Assembly: GCA_904420505.1 (NCBI GenBank)
Contig: CAJFVS010000025.1
Location: forward strand, 21,004 to 85,003
Length of the DNA: 64,000 nucleotides
Direction of reading: 5' to 3'
Source: Candidatus Alloruminococcus vanvlietii
Lineage (GTDB): Bacteria; Bacillota; Clostridia; Oscillospirales; Ruminococcaceae
Both the position numbers and the translations under genes were made by a program. Positions 38,520-47,981 of the stretch are shown here, one piece after another (the stretch's first letter is position 1; every line of letters starts with the position of its first letter). A model generated the notes under the pieces. It did not search any database, was not told where the DNA came from, and was given only the letters and a program-made list of their open reading frames with translations.

Positions 38520-40337
38520 TTAGGCTTTTTTCAAATTGCGCATCCTCTGGGCGTGGTCCAGTTCCCGTTTGCGGATGCGGATGCTTTTGGGGGTTACTTC
38601 CAGCAGCTCGTCCTCGGCCAAAAATTCCAGAGACTGCTCTAAGCTCATTCTATTCGGCGGGATTAAGCGCAATGCCTCATCGGAGCCAGAAGCGCGCATG
38701 TTGGTAACATGTTTTTTCTTGCACACGTTTACCACAATGTCCTCTCCTTTGGGGGAGGAGCCTACCACCATGCCCGCGTACACCGGCTCGCCGGGGCCGA
38801 TAAACAAGCTGCCGCGCTCCTGGGCGTTAAACAGCCCGTAGGTCACGGCCTCGCCCTGTTCAAACGCGATTAAAGAGCCCACCGCGCGTTTGGCGATTTC
38901 ACCTTTGTATTCGCCGTAGCCTTCAAACACGGCGTTTAATATGCCTTCGCCGCGGGTATCGGTTAAAAATTCGTTGCGGTAACCAAACAGCCCGCGCGAG
39001 GGGATAATGAATTCCATTTTCATGCGGGAGCCCACCGGGTGCATGCTTTGCAGCTCGCCCTTGCGTGCGCCCATTTTTTCCATCACCGAGCCCATCCATT
39101 CTTCCGGCACATCAATAACCAGGCGTTCATACGGTTCCATTCTCACGCCGTTTTCCACTTTAAACAGCACGTGCGGGGTGCTCACCTGGAATTCGTACCC
39201 TTCGCGGCGCATATTTTCAATTAAGATGGACAGGTGCATTTCCCCGCGGCCCAGCACGCGGAACGAATCGGCCGAATCGGTTTCCTCTACCCGCAAAGAA
39301 ACATCGCGCAGAAGCTCTCTAAACAAACGGTCGCGCAGCTGGCGGGAGGTGACAAACTTGCCTTCGCGCCCGGCAAAGGGGCTGTCGTTTACCGAGAAGG
39401 TCATCTCCACCGTCGGCTCGGAAATTTTCACAAATTCAATCGGCTCTACGGCGCTGGGGTCGCATACGGTGTTGCCGATGTTGACGTTTTCAATGCCCGA
39501 AAAACACACGATATCCCCTACCGTAGCGCTTTGCACCTGGGTGCGTTTGAGCCCGTCGAATTGATAAATGGCGGTGATTTTTGCCTTTTGGCTCACACGG
39601 GGGTCATGGTAATCGCACACGGCGACCTCCTGGTTGACGTTCATGGTGCCTTTGTCAATGCGGCCGATAGCAATACGGCCCACATAATCGTTGTAGTCGA
39701 TGGAGGAAACCAGCACCCCCAAAGGCGCGGTTTCATCCCCCTCGGGCGCGGGGATATAATCCAAAATGGTATCCAGCAAGGGCTTCAAATCCGTCCCTTC
39801 CTGTTCGGGGCTGTAAGAGGCGGTGCCGTTGCGCCCGGAGCAGAACACCATGGGGCTGTCCAGCTGTTCGTTGGTGGCGCCCAAATCTAAAAGCAGCTCC
39901 AGCACTTCGTCCACCACCTCGTGGATGCGTGCGTCAGGCTTGTCGATTTTATTCACCACCACAATCACCGCATGGTTTAACTGCAAGGCTTTTTCCAGCA
40001 CAAACCGGGTTTGGGGCATAGGGCCTTCGGCGGCGTCTACCAGCAGCAAAACGCCGTTTACCATCTTCAGCACACGCTCTACCTCGCCGCCAAAATCGGC
40101 ATGCCCGGGGGTGTCCACAATGTTGATTTTCACCCCGTTGTATTCAGCCGAGGCATTTTTGGCCAAAATGGTGATGCCGCGTTCACGTTCAATGTCGTTG
40201 GAATCCATCACGCGTTCGGCCACGTTTTGGTTTTCGCGGAACGTACCGCTTTGCTTAAGCATTTCGTCCACCAGGGTGGTTTTGCCGTGGTCAACGTGGG
40301 CGATAATGGCAATATTGCGTAAATCTTCGCGTTTCAA
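38520..40337 (-). CDS. typA: translational GTPase TypA/BipA
   Basis: ORF 38520..40361. The likely start is TTG 40337, 6 nt after GGGAGGAA, giving MKREDLRNIAIIAHVDHGKTTL, the canonical BipA N-terminus. G1-G4 motifs and EF-G-like domains are present. Confidence 0.93.
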   Translation of the reverse strand: MKREDLRNIAIIAHVDHGKTTLVDEMLKQSGTFRENQNVAERVMDSNDIERERGITILAKNASAEYNGVKINIVDTPGHADFGGEVERVLKMVNGVLLLVDAAEGPMPQTRFVLEKALQLNHAVIVVVNKIDKPDARIHEVVDEVLELLLDLGATNEQLDSPMVFCSGRNGTASYSPEQEGTDLKPLLDTILDYIPAPEGDETAPLGVLVSSIDYNDYVGRIAIGRIDKGTMNVNQEVAVCDYHDPRVSQKAKITAIYQFDGLKRTQVQSATVGDIVCFSGIENVNIGNTVCDPSAVEPIEFVKISEPTVEMTFSVNDSPFAGREGKFVTSRQLRDRLFRELLRDVSLRVEETDSADSFRVLGRGEMHLSILIENMRREGYEFQVSTPHVLFKVENGVRMEPYERLVIDVPEEWMGSVMEKMGARKGELQSMHPVGSRMKMEFIIPSRGLFGYRNEFLTDTRGEGILNAVFEGYGEYKGEIAKRAVGSLIAFEQGEAVTYGLFNAQERGSLFIGPGEPVYAGMVVGSSPKGEDIVVNVCKKKHVTNMRASGSDEALRLIPPNRMSLEQSLEFLAEDELLEVTPKSIRIRKRELDHAQRMRNLKKA

Positions 40338-40361
40338 GTAATGTTCCTCCCAAAATTTCAT

Positions 40362-41183
40362 TTACAGTTTTTCAAATGTATACAGTTCAAACTCCACCGT
40401 TGTGTGAAGTTTTTGCAATCCCAGCAATTTTTGCGCCGCCTGCGGTGCGGTTTTATACGCATAGGGTGTCATGGAAAACAAAGCGGCAATTTGTTCGCTT
40501 GGCTGCACGTCTATCTCATAGCGCACGCTTTGCCGGTTTATCTTTGCAAATCCGGGCAGGTCCGGCAGGGTTTCGTCGTTTTCATAAGGGTGCTCGTACA
40601 AAACCTGTTTTAGCCCCCACAGATGGCGCTTGCCAGCTACCCCCAGCACCAAATATCCGCCGGGTTGGATAACCCTTGCAAATTCAGCCGGGCTAATGGG
40701 TGCAAACACGCTTAGCAAAACATCCGCGCAAGCGTCCAAAACCGGCAAATCAAACGCGCTGGCAGTGGCAAAATGCGCGCTTTTTACCCGTTTGGCCGCC
40801 GCCTGGCAAGCGTATTTGGAAATATCCACCCCTGCAAGCGTGCATTCTTTGCCCGCTTCTAAAAAAGCATCTGCCACCAAACCGGTATAATAGCCCTCGC
40901 CGCAGCCGGCATCCAAAACCAGGGGAAGCCGCTTTTTTTGCGTCAAAGCCAGCACCTGGCTGGCAAGCGCCCTTCCAAACAGGGCGTAGGCGCCGGTGTT
41001 TAAAAAAAGCGTGCGGGCGTGTACCATCTGCTTGTTGTCCCCCGGCACGGCGGAATGCTTTTTATTGGCCAGCAAAAGGTTGACATACCCCGACGAAGCT
41101 TTGTCAAAGCTGTGGCCGTTTTGGCAGCAAAAGCGCGTGCCTTGCTCATCAAGCGCCTGTTTGCAAACCGGACAGGCCCACAT
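40362..41183 (-). CDS. rlmA: 23S rRNA (guanine-N1)-methyltransferase RlmA-like
   Basis: ORF 40362..41231, ATG 41183. N-terminal zinc ribbon MWACPVCKQALDE...CQNGHSFD, then a SAM-binding motif VLDAGCGEGYY. Confidence 0.85.
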   Translation of the reverse strand: MWACPVCKQALDEQGTRFCCQNGHSFDKASSGYVNLLLANKKHSAVPGDNKQMVHARTLFLNTGAYALFGRALASQVLALTQKKRLPLVLDAGCGEGYYTGLVADAFLEAGKECTLAGVDISKYACQAAAKRVKSAHFATASAFDLPVLDACADVLLSVFAPISPAEFARVIQPGGYLVLGVAGKRHLWGLKQVLYEHPYENDETLPDLPGFAKINRQSVRYEIDVQPSEQIAALFSMTPYAYKTAPQAAQKLLGLQKLHTTVEFELYTFEKL

Positions 41184-41354
41184 ATTCCTCTTCCTTTCCC
41201 AGCAAACCCGCTTATCATCATACCTTAGCATATTATAATCATTTTTGTGGGATTCTACAAGAAATTTTGCGATATTTTTGGCATATTCCCCGTGTTTTAT
41301 GAAAATTCACCGTTTTTGCTGGCAAAAGGCAGCGGCTTTGGGCGAAAAATACGC

Positions 41355-41384
41355 AAAAAAGCAGGCAGCCAAGGGGCCGCCTGC
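41355..41384 (-). terminator. intrinsic terminator after the M56 gene
   Basis: Minus-strand stem GCAGGCGGCC-cctt-GGCTGCCTGC followed by TTTTTT, 9 nt past the stop. Confidence 0.8.
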
Positions 41385-41393
41385 ATAAGGGCT

Positions 41394-44300
41394 TTATTGC
41401 TCGCGGGAATAGTAATCCCAGTAGTTGTAGCTGGTTATCTTAAGCGAAAGGTAAGCAAATGAACCGTCGTCGTAATCCTGTATGGTAAACTCCTTGATAA
41501 ATTTGAGCACCCAGAACGTCTCCGATTCGTATTCGCGCAGCGTGATGTGCAAAATATCCCCCTCGCGCGTGTACTCAAGCCTAAACAAAGGCGCATAGCC
41601 GCCCCCGCCGTAGCCGCCCTGGAAGGAATAGGTGTTGGTGGCAGGGTCGTATTCCTCGCCGGCAGCCGCCTGAATATCCTCACGGGTCAGGCAGGGGAAA
41701 TAATGCAAAATGGGGTCTTCCATAAAGGAAGCGTCCAGCGGTTGGCCGTTCATCATGGCTTCGTCTATTTGGTCGCTGTCCCCCAAAATAGAATAGCCCA
41801 GGCAATTGCGCAGCAGGTAGGGGTCTTTTATTTTCAAGGGGTTTTCCTCGTCAAAATCTTCTACAAAGGGGCTGAACATACTCTCCTCCATTTGCAGGTA
41901 TTTGTCAAACACCGCCTGCGCGTCTTCATCCATTTCGGGGCGTACGGCGTCTGCAAAATAGCTGTCGTCAATTAGCCAGCGCCCTTCGATTTTGACAATG
42001 CGGATGTACCGTTTTTGGCTTTCTTGGGCCATGGGCAGCTCCAGCGTGCACTCCACCGTGATGGTATCGGGCATCTTTTCCACCACCCGCATGCCCTCCA
42101 GCGAATAGTACCGCCCGGGCCCACCAAAATTGTAGCTCATCCACTGGGCGTTGTACAGCTTGCCGTCAAACAGCCGGTAGGTGTTGCGGAAGTCGGCTGC
42201 GTCCAGGCGCCAATCGAGCACCTTGGGCACAAAGGTGTTGTCAAAGTCGTAATACACATCCTCGGGGGTCTTGTATTTTTCAATCCAATCGTACAGATAA
42301 TAGATGGTGCCGTCCGCCTGCCGGGCGAATTGTTCCTCGCCCGTTCTACCGGCAGTCCAGTTTTCGGACAGCCACTCGGCGCGCTCCATCAATTGGACAG
42401 CGATGGACAAAGCGTCTTCATCGGAGGATTTGTAGTAAACATCATCGGTGATGGGATCGAATGCGGCAGTGGTAAGCGACACCGGTTGCCTGCTGTCTCC
42501 CCCATACCAGGTAACGGCGCTGTCGTTCGAGTAGAAATCGACATCGTAGGTGCCGTCGCGGTTGGTGGCGCGCACCGTAATGTTCAGGGAGAAAGGCTCC
42601 GTTCTGCCCGGCTCTTCAGGCAGTATCACGCGGTTGGACAGATACTCCCGCTCGTTTGCCAAAGCAATATCGCATTTTTGCCAGTAAAGGGGATTATCCT
42701 CATAAGGTGAATTTTCCGGCAGGCTGTCGCTGCCCCAGCGTTCGGGCGCCCAGATGCCGCGGTAGAGATATACCTGGTAGCCGGCGGGTCCGCTTTCGGC
42801 TTCGCACCCCAGCAGCCATACGCCCTGCACCACACCATGGGCATCCCCCGGCGTGTAATAACGCAGCTGGCTTATCTTTACAAAGGAGGGCACCGGCAGC
42901 GCAGAGGTAAGGGTATAGCTTTCCCCTCCGTTTTGGGTGGCAAGGCACAGCGCATCGGTGTTCTCGGGGTAGTCCTGCTGGAACACCACATAGCCGTTGT
43001 TTGGGTCGGCAAACGAAACCAGCACCCGGCTAATCTCGTCAAGGGCGTATGCAAACGCCGGCATCCCCGATATCTCAACAGGGCGCTGCTCCCACGTCTG
43101 GCCGCAGTCCTGGGTGGAATACAGCGTATACCCCTGCCCGTTTTGGTTTTTTACCACCGCTTTAGCAAAGGTTTGCCCCACGCTTACATCCCACTGGGTA
43201 TGGTATGTTTCTTCCAAAATCCCCTCCGCCGGGACTTTCACACTGTCATACCCGGGGAAGTACACATACAGCCCGTCCTCCTTGATTTCATGCCCCTGCG
43301 CAGGGTAGCTTTTGCTTAAAACGCTGGAAACATAGCGGAAGCTTTCTTCAAACGCTTCGGTGGTAAGGATGTAACCGGCAAGCGGCCGGCCGGTGCCATA
43401 GTCAAGCTGGTCAAACGAGATGCGCAGGATATCGCCGTCCTGTTCGTAGCCGGTTATGCGCACCATCGCTTTTTCCAAACGGTTTTCCTCGGGGAAATAC
43501 ACCGTGTTGTCGCCGGCATTGTAGGCGTCCAAATCGCTTATGTCAATGCCGGCTGTATCTATGTGCTGTGCTTTCAGCGCCTGTTCAACGGCGTCTGCCG
43601 GCCAGTTGTCGCCATAGGTTTGCCACAGCTCGCCGTTGTTGTAATCGCCTGCAATGCGCAGGATTTCTTCCCCCGAGCGCTCCATCCAGTAGTATTCCTG
43701 GGCCGCCAGCGAGCTGCGCACCGGTTTAAGATAGGTCTCATACAGCGCATAATATTCGCTGGCGCTGGTTTCGCTTATCTGCACAACCGGCAAAGCCACC
43801 GGCTTGTCTGTACGGTTTTGGCCAAAGCTTAAAAAGCCGTAATCGGTAAGGGAAAAGTACCCGTTCTGTTGGGTTTGTATGTCTAAGGCCTTGTCCTGCC
43901 CTACATCGGCAAGGGCGGCATAAGTTTCATGGGTCTGCTGCATGGCCTGTGCGGTGCCCGCAAAGCGGTAAACTTCATAGCTTGTGTCATCCAGCACATA
44001 TACGCAGATATTCTGCGTTTGCCCTTGTTTGAGTTTTTCCCATTTGTCCAAAATGCGCGCGCTGGTGGTAAAAGGGGTATCGCCGTACACAATGGCATCC
44101 GCCTGCTGCATCGCCTGCTGGTAAGCGGGGCTTTCTTCCACCTGCCGGGGCAGCTGCATGCCCTCTATCATGCTAAGCGACGGGGTATCGCTGCCTGCGC
44201 GGTTGGTTAAGAAAAACACGCATACCGCCGCCAGCAATATGAGCAGCACAATGCCCCATATCACCTTGGGCTTTTTAAAGCGCGCCAAATGTTCAATGCG

Positions 44301-45311
44301 TTTGACAATTTCCTTTTTGCCGTTTTGCAGGCTGGTGGTCATGGGGATAAACTGGTTTTTTTCCAAGGCTGTTTCCAGCAGCACCTGCGCATACAGCTTT
44401 TTGTTGCCCCCTGCCTGCACCACATGGTAATCGCACAGCAGTTCGGTATCCTTTTTAAAGGTGGAATAACACAGCCATATCACCGGGTTGTACCAAAACA
44501 AACACAATATGGCCGTTGCTAAAAAGCCAATGAGCACATCGTGGTGGCGCAGATGGCACAGCTCGTGGATGAGCACCTGCTCAAGCGGTTGTTCCTCATA
44601 TTGGCGCGGCAGCAAAATCACCGGCGAAAACACCCCTTTGAGCATTGGGGTATTGCCGTAAAGGCGCAGGTGCACCCTGCGTTTGACGCCTACTTTTTTC
44701 TTGCATTTTTGCAGCAAAGGGCCGTAGCCTGCACTGTAAATGCGGGCGTAGCGCTTTACCCGGTAAGAAAACACCGCGTACACCGCCACAAAATAGCCGC
44801 CCAGCAAAACCGCGCCCCCAAGCCACACCCATAGCACGGCGCGCATCACCCAATCCTGCAGCGAAAGCGTGGTTTGGGTATCGCGTATGGGGTTTTGCAC
44901 CACCACCTGACGGATATACAGCTTCTCTTCCTCGTTTTGGGCGCCTTGAAAAGGCTGCTGCGCACCGGTTTGCGCGCTTTGCGGCCGGGAAGTTTTTTCC
45001 TCTTCTGAATAGGCGGCATCCGCCCCCTGCTGCGCCCCTTGGGAAAGATTTCCCTGCACCGGGCTGCTTACCGGGGACTGGCTGGCGGTATCCGGGGCCG
45101 GCTGTATGGTCACCTGCTGCACGCTGGGGGTGTAATTAAACACGCTAAGCGGGCTTTGGGGCAGCACCGGCACCAGGATGCGGATAAGCAGCACCAGCCA
45201 TATGTAATACTGCCATTTGGCCGACATTTTTTTGGAAAACAGCGTTTTGATAAGCAAAATTGCCAAAGCGGTGACGGTGGTGGTAATGGTTATCTGGATG
45301 AGAAACTCCAT
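41394..45311 (-). CDS. M56/BlaR1-family membrane metalloprotease with ~930-aa uncharacterised extracellular C-terminal region
   Basis: ORF 41394..45338. ATG 45311 lies 1 nt after the blaI-like stop and 12 nt after GGAGGA. It has N-terminal TM helices, the HELCH zinc motif (44553..44567), a last TM (VIWGIVLLILLAAVCVFFL), then about 930 aa containing an Asp-box-like STQDCGQTW (43092..43118). Confidence 0.85.
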   Translation of the reverse strand: MEFLIQITITTTVTALAILLIKTLFSKKMSAKWQYYIWLVLLIRILVPVLPQSPLSVFNYTPSVQQVTIQPAPDTASQSPVSSPVQGNLSQGAQQGADAAYSEEEKTSRPQSAQTGAQQPFQGAQNEEEKLYIRQVVVQNPIRDTQTTLSLQDWVMRAVLWVWLGGAVLLGGYFVAVYAVFSYRVKRYARIYSAGYGPLLQKCKKKVGVKRRVHLRLYGNTPMLKGVFSPVILLPRQYEEQPLEQVLIHELCHLRHHDVLIGFLATAILCLFWYNPVIWLCYSTFKKDTELLCDYHVVQAGGNKKLYAQVLLETALEKNQFIPMTTSLQNGKKEIVKRIEHLARFKKPKVIWGIVLLILLAAVCVFFLTNRAGSDTPSLSMIEGMQLPRQVEESPAYQQAMQQADAIVYGDTPFTTSARILDKWEKLKQGQTQNICVYVLDDTSYEVYRFAGTAQAMQQTHETYAALADVGQDKALDIQTQQNGYFSLTDYGFLSFGQNRTDKPVALPVVQISETSASEYYALYETYLKPVRSSLAAQEYYWMERSGEEILRIAGDYNNGELWQTYGDNWPADAVEQALKAQHIDTAGIDISDLDAYNAGDNTVYFPEENRLEKAMVRITGYEQDGDILRISFDQLDYGTGRPLAGYILTTEAFEESFRYVSSVLSKSYPAQGHEIKEDGLYVYFPGYDSVKVPAEGILEETYHTQWDVSVGQTFAKAVVKNQNGQGYTLYSTQDCGQTWEQRPVEISGMPAFAYALDEISRVLVSFADPNNGYVVFQQDYPENTDALCLATQNGGESYTLTSALPVPSFVKISQLRYYTPGDAHGVVQGVWLLGCEAESGPAGYQVYLYRGIWAPERWGSDSLPENSPYEDNPLYWQKCDIALANEREYLSNRVILPEEPGRTEPFSLNITVRATNRDGTYDVDFYSNDSAVTWYGGDSRQPVSLTTAAFDPITDDVYYKSSDEDALSIAVQLMERAEWLSENWTAGRTGEEQFARQADGTIYYLYDWIEKYKTPEDVYYDFDNTFVPKVLDWRLDAADFRNTYRLFDGKLYNAQWMSYNFGGPGRYYSLEGMRVVEKMPDTITVECTLELPMAQESQKRYIRIVKIEGRWLIDDSYFADAVRPEMDEDAQAVFDKYLQMEESMFSPFVEDFDEENPLKIKDPYLLRNCLGYSILGDSDQIDEAMMNGQPLDASFMEDPILHYFPCLTREDIQAAAGEEYDPATNTYSFQGGYGGGGYAPLFRLEYTREGDILHITLREYESETFWVLKFIKEFTIQDYDDGSFAYLSLKITSYNYWDYYSREQ

Positions 45312-45312
45312 T

Positions 45313-45690
45313 TCATTCACCGTCCTCCATTTGCTCAATCATTTGCAAAAGCGCTTCTTTGTCCTGCTTGGAAAGCCCTTTTTCCCTGGTCAGGGTGGAC
45401 ACCAGCATGGAAACCGAACCGCCGAACACCCGCGATAAAAAATGCTCGGCCTCCTGGCACTGGCATTCCTGCTGGCTTACACAGGCCTGGTAAACATACG
45501 GCTTGCCGTTTGTTTTGTCCACCGTTACATAGGCTTTTTCCACCAGGCGGCGCAACAGCGTTTTGATGGTCGACTCGCTCCAGCCGCTGGCGCTGAGTTC
45601 TTCCAGCAGCTGCGCCCAGGTACAGGCTTTTTGCCGCCACAGCACCTGCATCACTTTCCATTCGGCTTCGGATATCGAATAGGCTTTCAT
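45313..45690 (-). CDS. BlaI/MecI/CopY-family transcriptional repressor
   Basis: 125 aa. MKAYSISEAEWKVMQVLW...WSESTIKTLLRRLVEKAYV is a winged-helix penicillinase-repressor-type domain. It is coupled to the M56 gene. Confidence 0.9.
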   Translation of the reverse strand: MKAYSISEAEWKVMQVLWRQKACTWAQLLEELSASGWSESTIKTLLRRLVEKAYVTVDKTNGKPYVYQACVSQQECQCQEAEHFLSRVFGGSVSMLVSTLTREKGLSKQDKEALLQMIEQMEDGE

Positions 45691-45705
45691 ATTTTCCCCT
45701 CCAAA

Positions 45706-45745
45706 GTTTACGTTTGTAACTTTAATTTCAGTTTACAATTGTAAC
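45706..45745. promoter_or_regulatory. two BlaI-type operator dyads (TTACA-N2-TGTAA type)
   Basis: GTTTACGTTTGTAAC (45706..45720) and GTTTACAATTGTAAC (45731..45745). The second contains the perfect palindrome TTACAATTGTAA. Centres are 25 bp apart and the dyads overlap the predicted promoter. Confidence 0.7.
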
Positions 45746-45758
45746 CATTGCTTGTCAA
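45730..45758 (-). promoter_or_regulatory. sigma-70-type promoter of the blaI-like operon
   Basis: On the minus strand: TTGACA (45758..45753), 17 nt, TAAACT (45735..45730). Confidence 0.55.
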
Positions 45759-45779
45759 GCCTTTTTTCATCTTTTGCAC

Positions 45780-45812
45780 AAAAAACAGCAGAGGGCGTCC
45801 TGTCCTCTGCTG
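45780..45812 (-). terminator. intrinsic terminator 190 nt downstream of glnS
   Basis: Minus-strand stem CAGCAGAGG-acaggacgc-CCTCTGCTG followed by TTTTTT, immediately upstream of the blaI-like promoter. Confidence 0.75.
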
Positions 45813-46002
45813 TCTGTCCTGTTCTTTGGCTGCCGCCCAGTAGGGCGCCCGGCACATTTTTGCAATGCTTTACGCCAGCCGCTCATCGCCAGATGGGCAA
45901 AGCCTGCGCACGGCCGTCGTGGCCGTTTTTGCGCGGGAAAGTGGCAAAACGCTTGCGCTACGCAAACCAAATCTGCCTGTGCAGATACGGCCTTGTGCCG
46001 CA

Positions 46003-47655
46003 TTATTTTACCGGGTAGCTGTCTTTTAATGTGACAATGCGGTTGTAGGTGTTTTCGTATTTGCTGTCCTTGCAGAAATAGCCGTTGCGCACAAACTGGA
46101 ACCGCTCGCCCACGCTTACATCTTTCATGCACGCTTCCAGCTTGCAGTTTTTGTACACCTGCACCGAGTCAAGGTTTAAATAATCCTTGTAGCTTTTGCC
46201 CTCTTCCATGTCGGCCACGTTTTTGATGGTAAAGAGCTGGTCGAACACCCGCACGTCGGCCTCTTCGCAGTGGGAAGCCGAAACCCAGTGAATGGTGCCT
46301 TTGATTTTGCGCCCGTCCGGGGGGTTTTTGCCGCCGGTTTCCAAATCGGCCGTGCAGCGGATTTCTACAATCTCTCCCACTTCGTTTTTGAGGATTTCGT
46401 TGCATTTTACCACGTATGCGCCCATTAAGCGCACTTCGCCGTCGGGTTTTAAACGCTGGTATTTGGGCGGGGGCACCTCGGCAAAGTCGGCCCGTTCGAT
46501 GTACAGCTCGTTTGTAAAGGCAACACGGCGCTTGCCGGCGGATTCGTCGTTGGGGTTGTTGGGCACGTCAAAGTATTCCACCTTGTCGGAAGGGTAGTTG
46601 GTGATGGTCACCTTTACAGGATCCAGCACCACCATGCGCCGCGGCGCGCTGAAGTTCAATTCGTCGCGGATGCAGTGTTCAAGCAGGCCGATGTCCACCA
46701 GCGAGTTTGCTTTGGCAACGCCTGCGCGTTTGACAAATTCAAAAATGGACGAAGGGGTGTACCCGCGCCGGCGCAAAGCGCACAGGGTGGGCATTCTGGG
46801 GTCGTCCCAGCCGTCTACCAAATGGGTCTCCACCAATTCGCGCAGGTAACGCTTGCTCATCACCGTGTGGGTGACGTTTAAGCGCGCAAATTCATACTGG
46901 TGGGGTTTCTTTTCAAAGCCGATGTTGTCGATCACCCAGTCGTACAGCGGGCGGTGGTTTTCAAATTCAATGGAACACAGCGAATGGGTAATGCCTTCCA
47001 GCGCGTCCTGGATGGGGTGTGCATAGTCGTACAGCGGGTAAATGCACCATTTGTCGCCCTGGCGGTGGTGCGAGGTATGCACAATACGGTAAATGGCCGG
47101 GTCGCGCAGGTTCATGTTGGGCGAGGCCATATCGATTTTGGCGCGCAGGGTGTGGCTTCCGTCGGGGAACTCCCCGTTTTTCATGCGCTCAAACAGCTCT
47201 AAGTTTTCCTCCACCGAGCGGTCGCGGTAGGGGCTGTTTTTGCCCGGCTCGGTCAAGGTGCCGCGGTACTCGCGCATCTGTTCGGGCGAAAGGTCGCACA
47301 CATAGGCTTTGCCGTCTTTGATAAGCTTTACTGCAAATGCATAGCACTGGTCAAAATAGTCCGAGCCGTAAAAAATCCCGCCGTTGGGAACAGCGCCCAG
47401 CCAGTTTAAGTCCTCCAAAATCGCGTTGACATATTCGTCATCCTCTTTAACGGGGTTGGTGTCGTCAAAGCGCAGGTTGAATTTGCCGCCGTATTTTTGC
47501 GCGGTGGAAAAGTTAATCCAAATGGCTTTGGCGCTGCCGATGTGCAGATAACCGTTTGGCTCGGGCGGAAAACGGGTGTGAATCTCCTGCACCCGGCCTT
47601 TTTTCAAGTCCTCGTCGATAATGTCGTGAATAAAATTGGAAATCACTTCTTCCAT
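46003..47655 (-). CDS. glnS: glutamine--tRNA ligase
   Basis: ORF 46003..47742, ATG 47655. It has a class I HIGH-type motif (PNGYLHIGSAK), the KMSKS variant VMSKR, and a GlnRS-type C-terminal beta-barrel region. Confidence 0.93.
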   Translation of the reverse strand: MEEVISNFIHDIIDEDLKKGRVQEIHTRFPPEPNGYLHIGSAKAIWINFSTAQKYGGKFNLRFDDTNPVKEDDEYVNAILEDLNWLGAVPNGGIFYGSDYFDQCYAFAVKLIKDGKAYVCDLSPEQMREYRGTLTEPGKNSPYRDRSVEENLELFERMKNGEFPDGSHTLRAKIDMASPNMNLRDPAIYRIVHTSHHRQGDKWCIYPLYDYAHPIQDALEGITHSLCSIEFENHRPLYDWVIDNIGFEKKPHQYEFARLNVTHTVMSKRYLRELVETHLVDGWDDPRMPTLCALRRRGYTPSSIFEFVKRAGVAKANSLVDIGLLEHCIRDELNFSAPRRMVVLDPVKVTITNYPSDKVEYFDVPNNPNDESAGKRRVAFTNELYIERADFAEVPPPKYQRLKPDGEVRLMGAYVVKCNEILKNEVGEIVEIRCTADLETGGKNPPDGRKIKGTIHWVSASHCEEADVRVFDQLFTIKNVADMEEGKSYKDYLNLDSVQVYKNCKLEACMKDVSVGERFQFVRNGYFCKDSKYENTYNRIVTLKDSYPVK

Positions 47656-47981
47656 AAGTTGCCCTCTCTTCCCCAAAATCATTTGTCCAAAAAGCTGTTT
47701 TGCCAAAACAGCCGGCATTTCATAAAATCCAATTATATACAAGTGAATTGATTATAGCATATCCACATTCTTTTTTCAAATCCCTGCAAAGGCTTTGATA
47801 AAGCGGTTTTCTTCATGCAAAATGGACAAAAACCTATCCCCAAAGCCCATACAATCGGCGGAATCGGAAAACTTGCGGATTTTTCTTTACATGTCCTTTC
47901 AAAGTGCTATAATAAACCATATTCACACTTTGCCAAAGCAAAGTGCTAAAAATATCAAAAATAAAAAAAGGAGGAACAGAT

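Noticed and set aside
41247-41462. 71-aa plus-strand ORF in the rlmA / M56 intergenic region
   Set aside because: It overlaps the 3' end and terminator of the M56 gene, lacks an SD, and has no recognisable features.
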